A stretch of 64,000 bases of DNA. Origin: Pristiophorus japonicus (Eukaryota). Under the pieces are notes generated by a model. That model was not told where the DNA came from. It did not search any database and saw only the letters and a list, made by a program, of their open reading frames with translations. Positions 53,128 to 64,000 of the stretch are shown here, piece after piece. Every line of letters begins with the position of its first letter. Position 1 is the first letter of the stretch. The position numbers and the translations under genes are program-made. The DNA is taken from the NCBI RefSeq assembly GCF_044704955.1, contig NC_091981.1:101308001-101372000 (forward strand). The letters run 5' to 3'.

Positions 53128-53777
53128 GGTCTGGAAACTGCGATCGGAGGCTTGCTCCCGAACCGGAAAACAAATACGAACTTGGCTGGTGTCTCCAGAG
53201 CTTCAGACTCTTCTAATCCTTGGCCTGCAGGCGTATGCATGCAGTTTGCAAGTGTCCCTGGGATCATATGGCCAAGGCCAATCAATCAAAAAGGGGATTC
53301 CTATGAATCTTATGGGGATTCCATTTACGTACAGAATCCCATAAGCACAATAAAATTCCCACATAAATAAAATTTCACACCACTTAAAGAATGAATGAAC
53401 ATGTGTTCAAAAATAATTAAAAGACCCTTTGGCTTTTAAAGAAACATTTTGATTTTTTTTGTTAAATAAATGTAAATGTTTTAAAACAGGCTAAAATTTA
53501 CCTAACTAATTTTAAATGTTTGTGTATGTTTAAATCATTTATTTCTGCCCTTGCACTGGTAAAAGAGGGCCTTGTGCCTGCTTTTGCCAGGTGTAAGGGT
53601 TTCATGGGCACTCGTTGGGTACATACTCCAACACTGTACAAGTGATTTTTAGCTAATGCAGTGGATCTTTCCAAGTGAAACTGGACCGATCGCAAATTCC
53701 AGGTTTTTGCGCATGTGGAACTTGCGGGCCATTCTGAAATCTGCACACGCAGTCGGAAGCACTGTAATTTCAGAGCC
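53128..53777. mobile_element. MITE with imperfect TIRs
   Basis: ggtctggaaactgc ... tgtaatttcagagcc; internal hairpin cttatggggattc / gaatcccataag. Confidence 0.5.
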
Positions 53778-54019
53778 ATTGTATAGTATTTTGTAACATG
53801 TTTTTGCTAAATTTGTTTAATTCAATTTGGAGGTTTTTTGTAGTCTCAAGCCTACTATTTAGTCAGGGACATAAATTTAAACTCTACAATGCACAATTTC
53901 GTTTGCATAATTAGGGGCTGGTACTCTATTCATATTGCACATAAAGCTGGCAGCCCAATGAGTTTTTTTAAAGTTTAAAATCTAGTAAATGCAAGATGCA
54001 GTTCCAAGGTGCCAGTTTT

Positions 54020-54283
54020 CAGAATTTGAATTTGCATCTGTAAAAGGGACCGTGAAGCTGTCACATTATTGTAAAACCCAATTGGTTCAGAATGTTCTCT
54101 AGGGAAGGAAACTTGCCATTCTTGCCCTATATTTCACTCCAATCATACCAACATGGTTGACTCTTAACTGTCCTCCTGAAGTGCCTAGCTACCAGCAGGT
54201 CAAGAAGTTGGCATACCACCACCATGTCAGGATAACTAGTGATGGACCATGAATGCTGGCATTGCCAGTGATGCCCACATCCT
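54020..54283 (+). repeat. SINE sharing its 3' tail with the second LINE family
   Basis: Tail aatgctggcattgccagtgatgcccacatcc matches about 61419-61449. A related copy at about 43700-43840 has the B-box-like gagttcaaatccc. Confidence 0.6.
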
Positions 54284-54452
54284 GTCATTTATGTAAATTA
54301 ATTAGTGGTCTTGGAACTGAGCTCTCGGGCACCTTACTCAGTACCTTTATTTCTACCCTTAATGTTTGAAAGTTTTAACAATCTATATCATGGAAGAAAC
54401 TAATAATTAGAGTTTAAGGGCACTAGGCCATGATACATTAGATCTAAAATTT

Positions 54453-56311
54453 ATAAGAACATAAGAATTAGGAACAAGAGTAGGCCATCTAGCCCCTCGA
54501 GCCTGCTCCGCCATTCAACAAGATCATGGCTGATCTGGCCGTGGACTCAGCTCCACTTACTGGCCTGCTCCCTGTAACCCTTAATTCCCTTATTGGATAC
54601 ATTCAATGAGCTAGCCTCAACTGCTTCCTTGGGCAGAGAATTCCACAGATTCACAACCCTCTGAGAAGAAATTCCTTCTCGACTCGGTTTTAAATTGGCT
54701 CCCCCGTATTTTGAGGCTGTGCCCCCTAGTTCTAGTCTCCCCGACCAGTGGAAACAACCTCTCAGCCTCTATCTTGTCTATCCCTTTCATTATTTTAAAT
54801 GTTTCTATAAGATCACCCCCTCATCCTTCTGAACTCCGAGTAAAGACCCAGTCTACTCAATCTATCATCATAAGGTAACCCCCTCATCTCCGGAATCAGC
54901 CTAGTGAATCATCTCTGTACCCCTTCCAGAGCTAGTATATCCTTCCTTAAGTAAGGTGACCAAAACTGCACGCAGTACTGCAGGTGCGGCCTCACCAATA
55001 CCCGATACAGTTGCAGAAGGATCTCTCTGCTTTTGTACTCCATCCCTCTCGCAATGAAGGCCAACATTCCATTCGCCTTCCTGATTACCTGCAAACTAAC
55101 TTTTTGGGATTCATGCACAAGGACCCCCAGGTCCCTCTGCACCGCAGCATGTTGTAATTTCTCCCCATTCAAATAATATTCCCTTTTACTTTTTTTTCCC
55201 CCCAAGGTGGATGACCTCACACTTTCCGACATTGTATTCCATCTGCCATACCTTAGCCCATTCGCTTAACCTATCCAAATCTCTTTGCAGCCTCTGTGTC
55301 CTCTACACAACCCGCTTTCCCATTAATCTGCAAATTTTGTTACACTACACTCTGTCCCCTCTTCCAGGTCATCTTTGTATATTGTAAACTGTTGTGGTCC
55401 CAGCACCGATCCCTGTGGCACACCACTAACCATCAATTTCCAACCCGAAAAGGACCCATTTATCCCGACTCTCTCTGCTTTCTGTTAGCCAGCCAATTCT
55501 CTATCCATGCTAATACATTTCCTCTGACTCTGCATACCTTTATCTTCTGCAGTAACCTTTTGTGTGGCACATTTATCAAATGCCTTTTGAAAATCTAAAT
55601 ACACCACATCCATCGGTACACCTCTATCCACCATGCTCGTTATATCCTCAAAGAATTCCAGTAAATTAGTTCAACATGATTTCCCCTTCATGAATCCATG
55701 TTGCGTCTGCTTGATTGCACTATTCCTATCGAGATGTCCCGCTATTTCTTCCTTAATGATAGCTTCAAGCATTTTCCCCACTACAGATGTTAAACTAATC
55801 GGCCTATAGTTACCTGCCTTTTGTCTGCTCCCTTTTTTTAAACTGAGGCGTTACATTAGCTGCTTTCCAATCCGCTGGTACCTCCCCAGAGTCCAGAGAA
55901 TTTTGGTAGATTATAACGGATGCAGCTGCTATAACTTCCGCCATCTCTTTTAATACCCTGGGATGCATTTCATCAGGACCAGGGGACTTGTCTACCTTGA
56001 GTCCCATTAGCCTGTCCAGCACTACCCCCCTAGTGATAGTGATTGTCTCAAGGTCCTCCCTTCCCACATTCCTGTGACCAGCAATTTTTGGCATGGTTTT
56101 TGTGTCTTCCACTGTGAAGACCGAAGCAAAATAATTGTTTAAGGTCTCAGCCATTTCCACATTTCCCATTATTAAATCCCCCCTTCTCATCTTCTAAGGG
56201 ACCAACATTTACTTTAGTCACTCTTTTCTGTTTTATATATCTGTAAAAGCTTTTACTATCCGTTTTTATGTTTTGCGCAAGTTTACCTTCGTAATCTATC
56301 TTTCCTTTCTT
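54453..56311 (-). mobile_element. CR1 ORF2 3' half
   Basis: LKVDKSPGPDEMHPRVLKE; KANGMLAFIARG; (TTCTTATG)n tail. Confidence 0.93.
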
Positions 56312-56779
56312 TGATTGAACACGATTGTCAGGAGCCTTCACATGGTGGGTGGGAGGAGGTTTACAACAACTTGCATTTATAAAGCAGCTTTAACATTGGA
56401 AAATGTCCCAAGGTGCTTCACAGAAATGTAATCGGACACAATGTGGGCTGGGGGGGCGGTGGAGGAATGACATTTGGCTTGGTGGGCAAGGAAAAGGAGG
56501 GATGTGGCAGAGGCAGCTGACCGAATGGTCGTCTTCGTGACACAGGTCCATAAGCTCTTCGCATTTGTTTGAGAGTAGAAGGGACAAGGCAGCAGTGTTT
56601 GAATCGCTTTGTCGTGGAGAAAAGAAGCTGGGGGCTGTCTTACAGGGTAATCCTGGACTAGTGAGGGGTTTTGGCAAAGGAGACCAAGGCTTGATGTGGT
56701 TCAGCAAGACAAACTGGGTGTGTGTCGGGTACGCTTAAATCTGTCTCACTTGGACTAGTCAAACTCAGAAGCTTACCTT

Positions 56780-59700
56780 TCAGCCAATGTCCCAGATTCC
56801 TCCATCACCATCCCTGGGTATGTCCTGTCCCACCACAGTGGTATACTGTCAGGAGGGAGTGGTCCTGGGAGTCCTCCACATTGACTCTGGACCCCATGAA
56901 GTCTTACGTCTTCAGGTCAAGTATGGGCAAGGAAACCTGCCGATTATCACCTATCGCCCTCCATCAGCTAATTAATCAGTACTCCTCCATGTTGAACACC
57001 ACTTGGAAGAAGCACTGAGGTAGCAATTGCACAGAATGTACTCTGGGTAGGGGACTTCAATGTCCACCACCAAGATTGACTCAGTAGCACTATCACTGAC
57101 ACAGCTGGCTCACCAATCCACCTGTCGCAGATGCATCTGTCCAGGACCACCATGCAGTCATTCTGGAGACTAAGTCCTGACTTCCCACTGAAGACGCCCT
57201 CCTTCATTTTGTGTGGCACTACCATCATGCTAAATGACATAGATTAAGAACAGATCTAACAGCTCAAAACTGGGCATCCATGAGGTGCAGTGGGCCATCA
57301 GCAGCAGCAGAATTGTATTCCACCACAGTCTGTAGCCTCAACTCTACCATTACCATCAAGCCAGGGGACCAATCCTGGTTCAATAAGGAGTGTAGAAGAT
57401 CATGCCAGGAGCAGCACCAGTCATATCTCAAAAAATTAGGTGCCAACCTGGGGAAGGTGCATCACAGGATTATATGCATGCAAAACAGCGGAAGCAGCAT
57501 GCTATAAACTGAACTAAGTGGTCCCACATACAATGGATTAGATCAAAGCTCTGCAGTCCTGCCACATCCAGTTGTGAATGGTGGTGGACCATTAAACAAC
57601 TAATGGGGGGGGAGGAGGAGGCTCCATGAATATCCCCATTCACAATGATGGCAGAGCCTAGCACACAAATCCAAAAGACAAGGCTGAAGCATTTGCAACC
57701 ATCTTCAGCCAGAAGTGTTGGAGTGGATGATCCATATCGACCTCCTGGGGTCCCCACTATCACCGAAGCCAACCAATTCGATTCCCTCCACGTGATAGCA
57801 AAAACCAGCTGAGCGCACTGGATACAGCAATGGCTGTGGGACCAGACAACATGTTGTGCTGAAGACTGGTGCTCTAGAACTAGACGCACCTCTAGCCAAG
57901 CTGTTCCAGTAGAACTACAACACTGGCATCTATCCGACAACGTTGTAAACTGCCCGGGTATGCCCGGTCTACAAAAAGCAAGATAAATCCAATCTAACCC
58001 AATCAGTCTAGAAACATAGAAATCTACAGCGTGAAAGGAGGCCATTTCAGCCCAACGTGTCCATGCTGGCCAACAAAGCCGCACGGCCCTCGATCAGCAG
58101 CCCTGAAGAGTACATATAAACGTATGATCAATAGCGGAAAGGGAAAGAGCACCCAGCCCAACCAGTCCTCCCCACACAACTGCGCCACCCAGTACACTGA
58201 AATATTCTACACTCCACCCTAACCGGAGCCATGTGAGCTCCTGGGAGAGGCAAAAACCCAGGTCAATTTGCGGGGGGGGGGGGGGGGGGGGATTGGGAAA
58301 ATTCCTCTCCGACCCATCCAGGTGATCGAAACTAGTCCAGGAGATCACTGGCCATATTCAATTTCCTGCAGTACTTACCATCATATCTGCGCCAGCCAAC
58401 ACGAGGTTATCCAGTCTAATCCCAATTACCAGCTCTAGGTCTGTAACCCTGCAGGTTACGGCACTTGAGTGCCCATCCAACCACCTTTTTAAATGTGAGG
58501 GTTTCTGCATCCACCACCCTTCCAGACAATGAGTTCCAGACCCCCACAACCCTTTGCGTGAAGAAGCCCCCCCTCAAATCCCCTCTGAACCTTCCACCAA
58601 CCACCTTAAAACTATGTCCCCTTTTAATAGACCACATCACCAATGGAAATCGGCCCTTGCTATCCACTATATCCAGGCCCCTCAATTTTGTACACCTCAA
58701 TGAGGTCTCTTAACCTCCTCTGTTCCAATGAGAACAGACCCAGCCTATCCAATCTGTCCTCGTAACTAAGATTCTCCATTCCAGGCAGCATCCTAGTAAA
58801 TCTCCTCTACATCCTCCCTAGTGCAATCACATCCTTCCTATAATACGGCAACCAGAACTGCACACAGTACTCCAGCTGTGGCCTAACCAGAGTATTATAC
58901 AATTTAAGCATAACCTCTCTGCTCTTGCTTTTATTGGCCGAGGCATAGAATACAAGTATTCCGTATGCCGTCTTAACCACCTTATCCACCTGGCCTATAA
59001 CTTTCAGGCATCTGTGGGCAAACACTCCAAGGTCCCTTGGTTCATCTACACTATTAAGTGGCCTGCCGCTTAATGTGTATACCCTTTCCTTATTAGCGCT
59101 CCCAAAGTGCATTACCTCACACTTCTCCGAATTAAATTCCATTTGCCACTGCTCTGCCCACCTGACCAGTAGATTGATATCCTCCTGCAGTCGATGACGT
59201 TCATCTTCATTATCAACCACGCAGCCAATTTTAGTGTCATCTGCAAACTTCTTAATCATACTCCCTATATTAAAATCTAAATCATTGATTATATACCACA
59301 AAAAGCTAGGGACCCAGTACTGAGCCCTGCGGAACCCCACTGGAAACATCCTTCCAGTTATAAACATCCATTAACAAATTTGTGCTGACTGTCTCTAATT
59401 AATTCTTGCCTTTCCAAATGTAGATTTATCCTGTCTTTCAGGATTTTTTTTACAATTTTCCCATCACTGAGATTAGGCTGCCAGGCCTGTAGTTACATGG
59501 CCTATCCCTTTCTTCCTTCTTAAACAAGGGTACCACATTCGCAGTCCTCCAGCACCATGCCCAAATCCAAAGAGGAATGGAAAATGATGATCTGGGCCTG
59601 AGGACTTATCTACTTTCAAAAACACTTCCTCTCTGGTTATTTCATCCAGAATATCTCCCTCCTCCTCAATCGCAGTATCTGCAATGCCCCTTTGTGAAAA

Positions 59701-61470
59701 CAGATGCAAAGTATTAATTAAGAATCATACCAACATCTTCCACCCCCACACAAAGATTACCCTCATGGTCTCTAATAGACCCTACCCCCTCTTGCTCTTC
59801 ATATATTTATAAAACTTCTTTGGGTTTTCCTTAATTTTACTAGATGTGAATTTTTCGTGCTCTCTCTTAGCATTCCTAATATCCTTTTTAATTTTGCCTC
59901 TACTTTCTATATCCCTCCAAAGATTCTATAGTATTTAGCTGTCAGTATATGACCAGCTTCCCTTTTTATCTTTATCTTCCCCTGATAGTCCCTAGACATC
60001 CAGGGAGCTCTAGAATTATTATTTGTACCCTTTTTCTTTTAAGGGCACATGGTTGTCCTGAGCCTTTCGGATCTCTTCCTTGAATGCCTCCCACTGTTCC
60101 GACACTGATTTACCCACAAGTAGCTGTTTCCAGTCCACTGTAGCCAAATCACTCTTCAACTTAGCAAAGTTAGCTTTTCCCCAATTTGGGACTTTTATTC
60201 CAGTCCTGTCCTTGTCCTTATCCATAACTAACTTGAATCTGACTGAATTATGGTCATTGGCACCCAAATGCTCTCGCACTAATACCGCCTCAACCTGCCC
60301 AGCTTCATTCCCCAAAACTAAATCCAAAACCTCTCAATCATCAGCAAAGTGATGGACGGTGTCATCGACAGTGCTATCAACCAGCACTTGCTCGCCAATA
60401 ACCCGCTCATTGATGCCCAGTTTGGGTTCTGCCAAGACCACTCTGCTCCAGATCTCATTATAACCATTGTCCAAACATGGACAGAAGAGCTGAATTGGTG
60501 AGGTGAGAGTGACCGCCCTTGACATCAAAGCAGCATTTGACCAAGTGTGACATCCAAGAACCCAAATAAAACTGAAGTCAATGGGAATCGGGGAAAACTC
60601 TCCACTGGCTGGAGTCATACCTAGCAAAGGAAGATGGTTGCGGTTGTTGGAGGTCAATCATCACAGCCCCAGGACATGGCTGCAGGAGTTATTCAGGGCC
60701 GTGTTCTCGGACCAAGCATCTTCAGTTGCTTTATCCGTGACCTTACCTCCATCATAGAGTCAGAAGTGAGGATGTTCACTGATGACTGCACAGCCTTCAG
60801 TGCATTTGCAACTCCTCAGATAATGAAGCAGTTCGTGCCACACTAGTTTCTAGGCAATGACTATCTCCAACAAGTGAGAATTTAACCACCGCTGCTTGAC
60901 CTACAAGGCATTACCATTGCCAAATCCCCCACCATCAATTCTGGGGATCACCATTGACCAGAAAATTAACTGGACCAGCCACATAAATACTATGGCAACA
61001 AGAGCAGGTCGAAGGCTGGGTATTCTGCGGTAAGCCGTCTCCACTTGCTTGGATGATTACAGCTCCAACAACACTCAAGCTCGACACAATCCAGATCAAA
61101 ACAGTTCGCTTGATTGACACCCCATTCATCACCTTAAACATTCACTCCCTCCATCACCGATGTACCGTGGCTGCAGTGTGTACCATCTGCAAAATGCACT
61201 GCAGCAACTCTTCAAGACTTCGGCCTCTACCACCTTGAAGGGAAAAGGTAGCAGGTGCGTGGGAACACTATCGCCTGAATTAAAGTATATTGCTGTTCCT
61301 TCATCATCGGGTCAAAATCCTGGAATTCCCTCCGTAACAGCATTGTGGGAATAGCTTCACCACATGGACTGCGGCGGTTCACCATCACCACCTCTAGGGC
61401 AATTGGGGATGGACAATAAATGCTGGCCTTACCAGCGATGCCCACATCCCATAAGCAAATTGGAAAAAAA
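56780..61470 (+). mobile_element. Second-family LINE (as 21775-23866) split by a CR1 insertion
   Basis: The host breaks at atcagtcta|ctctcaat (58010/60331), which is contiguous in the copy near 22950; A-rich 3' end at about 61470. Confidence 0.88.
58011..60330 (-). mobile_element. CR1 with an extended 3'UTR, nested in the LINE above
   Basis: DLVLGNEAGQV; KKFADDTKIG; LVRPQLEYCVQFW; tail atttctatgtttc. Confidence 0.92.
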
Positions 61471-63053
61471 AATACATGAAGCGAAGCTGAGAGCCATACC
61501 TGGGGGCCGATCAGGATGGGAGCGAGTTCGAGTTTTATCAGGACAAGGATATCAAAGATAGGGGGAGATTGAGCAGAAGGAATTGGGTTTGGAAGTGTAT
61601 AGGATACGTAGGTGATGAGAGATAGTGGTTGGAGATGGCCTCTTCTGTGAGAAGCAGAGAGGTATGTGAAATGGCTAGTCGAGGGGGTCTCTAAATTTGG
61701 TCAAGGAGAGTTTTATGGAGGAAGAAGCTACAGGAGGACTGAAATTAGAGAAGACAACAATGTGATTTGAGCTGGAGTACAGCTACCTCGTACTACTGAT
61801 GCATCCTGGTGAAATTGGTACACTGTTCAGTTTGAGCATATGCAATCTAAATTTGGCTCACTGCATTACAGCTCTGGGCAAAAATAAAGTCCAAGCCTAG
61901 ACTTTTGTGAGAAGCTAAGGAAGGCCTTCAACTGAATTTTTCAAGTCTGTTGAATGGATAAATGTAATCATTTAAATACTCTTACTTTGTTTAAACACTT
62001 ATTTTGCATATTAGAAATTTCAGTTACTCTGGCTCGGTGGGGTGGGGGGAATGAGATACGCTTCAGTGGGAAGGAAATTACATTGAGAAAGCTATAAATG
62101 GCAAGTGCAGTCTTTTTCTATTGAATGAATGGAAAAACTAGAGCTTAAGTAGCCATATTCATGGTAAACTTGAAGCAATTATAGGTAGCAATTTTTAAAT
62201 TTGGTTCTTTAAATTAGCAGTCTCGTCAAATTTGAATTGTTGAGACTTGGGGCAAGAACTCGTTTCTAATTGATGTGCACCTAGTTTTATAATGCAGATT
62301 TATTTTCTTGTACCTGAGGTGTTGGATTTTAGTTATGTAGCATAAAATATTTTCTCATTTGAAGTATCCAGTGTCTGCATCAAGCATTCCGAGAACCAGC
62401 AGCAACCTGCGCTGTGCCTTAATTTGGACCTCAGAAATGTAACCGTTACTGATTGACATTCCCACGCTAGTCGTCCACATGTGTTTGAGTTTATTACTAA
62501 ACAGCCAATTTTGCATTGCAGGTCCTATACTCACCTGGATCTGCATTGAGACTCCCCAAATTCCAAATATCCTTGGAGGGGGGGGGAAAAGACCATTGTC
62601 CCATCTATATAATCCACTGTAATACCAGATTGCCCTTTAATAGTTAGCTTCTTAATAGGAGCATGATTTTGAGGCTAAACTACTAAAAATTGTGAAGTCG
62701 AAGGGTTGGTTATTGTGTTTCTCCCCTCTCCTTCCTGTTTGTGAAACTCCTTAACAATATATATAGCATGTTTGAATGCTTTGTGAATGGAACTAGCCAT
62801 AAATACAATATTGATACAACTTTGGTAAATTGTGCCAGTGCTACTACTGATTTATGCCTAGAACTCTGGGGCAAAAGATCTGTCAGAGTCTGAGTGAGGA
62901 GGAAGGGCTTCTGGAAGAGGTGTCAGATATTCAATAGTTTTTGAGATTTATTTTTGCTGCATGAGTGGTTTGAAATCAGATTTGACAATGAATGTTGACT
63001 TTAGAATACTGTTTTGATGCAGTCAAACATCTTGGAAATAGTTTTCTTTTTGA

Positions 63054-63197
<144 letters not shown>

Positions 63198-64000
63198 CTG
63201 CAGCATGCAGTAAAAGTAAACGATATGGAGAAATTGAGTGTATTCATGTTCAGAAGTACTGTTATTGTCGAGTTTAAAAAATCTGCGCTTGAAATATAAA
63301 GTTCACCATCTGTTTAATGCCCATTGACTGCAAGGTGAATTTCAACTGAATGATTTGTGCATTGAGACGAACATTTATGTTACTTTACTTAGGATACATT
63401 GATTAAATGCATAAATATCAAATGTACTTTTGGTCCTTTTTATTGACATTAATACAATCGCCCTGGCTGTTTGCCAGAAAAAATTGTTTGTGCATGTCAA
63501 CCGATAGCTTGTTGTACTAGGTCTGCCATGAGGATCTGTGAGGTTAGTCTGCAGTTGCCCTGATTTTAAATGGCTTTTTTGTGTGAATCTGTTTGCTTTC
63601 ATTGTCAATTTCTTAAAACTAAACTGCAAGTGGAAAAATAATGCTTGAAGTCTAATCAAGGTCCAATTTGCAGTATGTTTGGCTCAGCAGCTTATTCTGG
63701 CTATTTTAATTATTTTAACCATATCCAGTTTTTAAAGTCACCTGTTGTAAAGTTTCATTGGTAGTTTGTAAATGTGTGGTTTCAAAATATAATCTGCCAC
63801 GTACTATTTCTGAGTTGTAGTTCACTCGATTTTTGGAATGGTTGAAACAACCAAGAAACTGATCAGGCACTTCAAGTTCAAGAAGTCTGCTGTGTAATGC
63901 AGCTACTAAATTGAAACTTGGGTACTTGATTAGGTTGCTAGATGCCATTTGACAATACTTGTATATTACAGGCTGTAACTCGTCTAAGTTGGCCCTCAGT
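63198..64000 (+). other. CBX3: CBX3 3'UTR (may run past the window end)
   Basis: AT-rich, repeat-free sequence after the stop codon. I found ATTAAA near 63402 but no clear AATAAA. Confidence 0.6.

Overview
Eukaryotic vertebrate genomic DNA. The repeat content (abundant CR1, LINE-2, Penelope, Harbinger-type MITEs) suggests a cartilaginous fish; this is an inference. The window holds the complete head-to-head pair HNRNPA2B1 (minus strand, 10 coding exons, 975 nt, 324 aa, 37845 to 19410) and CBX3/HP1-gamma (plus strand, 4 coding exons, 531 nt, 176 aa, 45061 to 63197). They share a CpG-rich bidirectional promoter at about 37.2-39.1 kb, the counterpart of the human A2UCOE. Downstream of the hnRNP stop codon is a series of non-coding 3'UTR exons consistent with an alternative-splicing/NMD autoregulatory module. 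The rest is mostly nested transposon relics: CR1, a second CR1/Jockey-group LINE, LINE-2, RTE, Gypsy, Penelope with hammerhead-ribozyme motifs, and hAT and Harbinger MITEs. There is one 565-nt assembly gap. All calls were made by eye, and comparisons with human sequence are from memory and need alignment.
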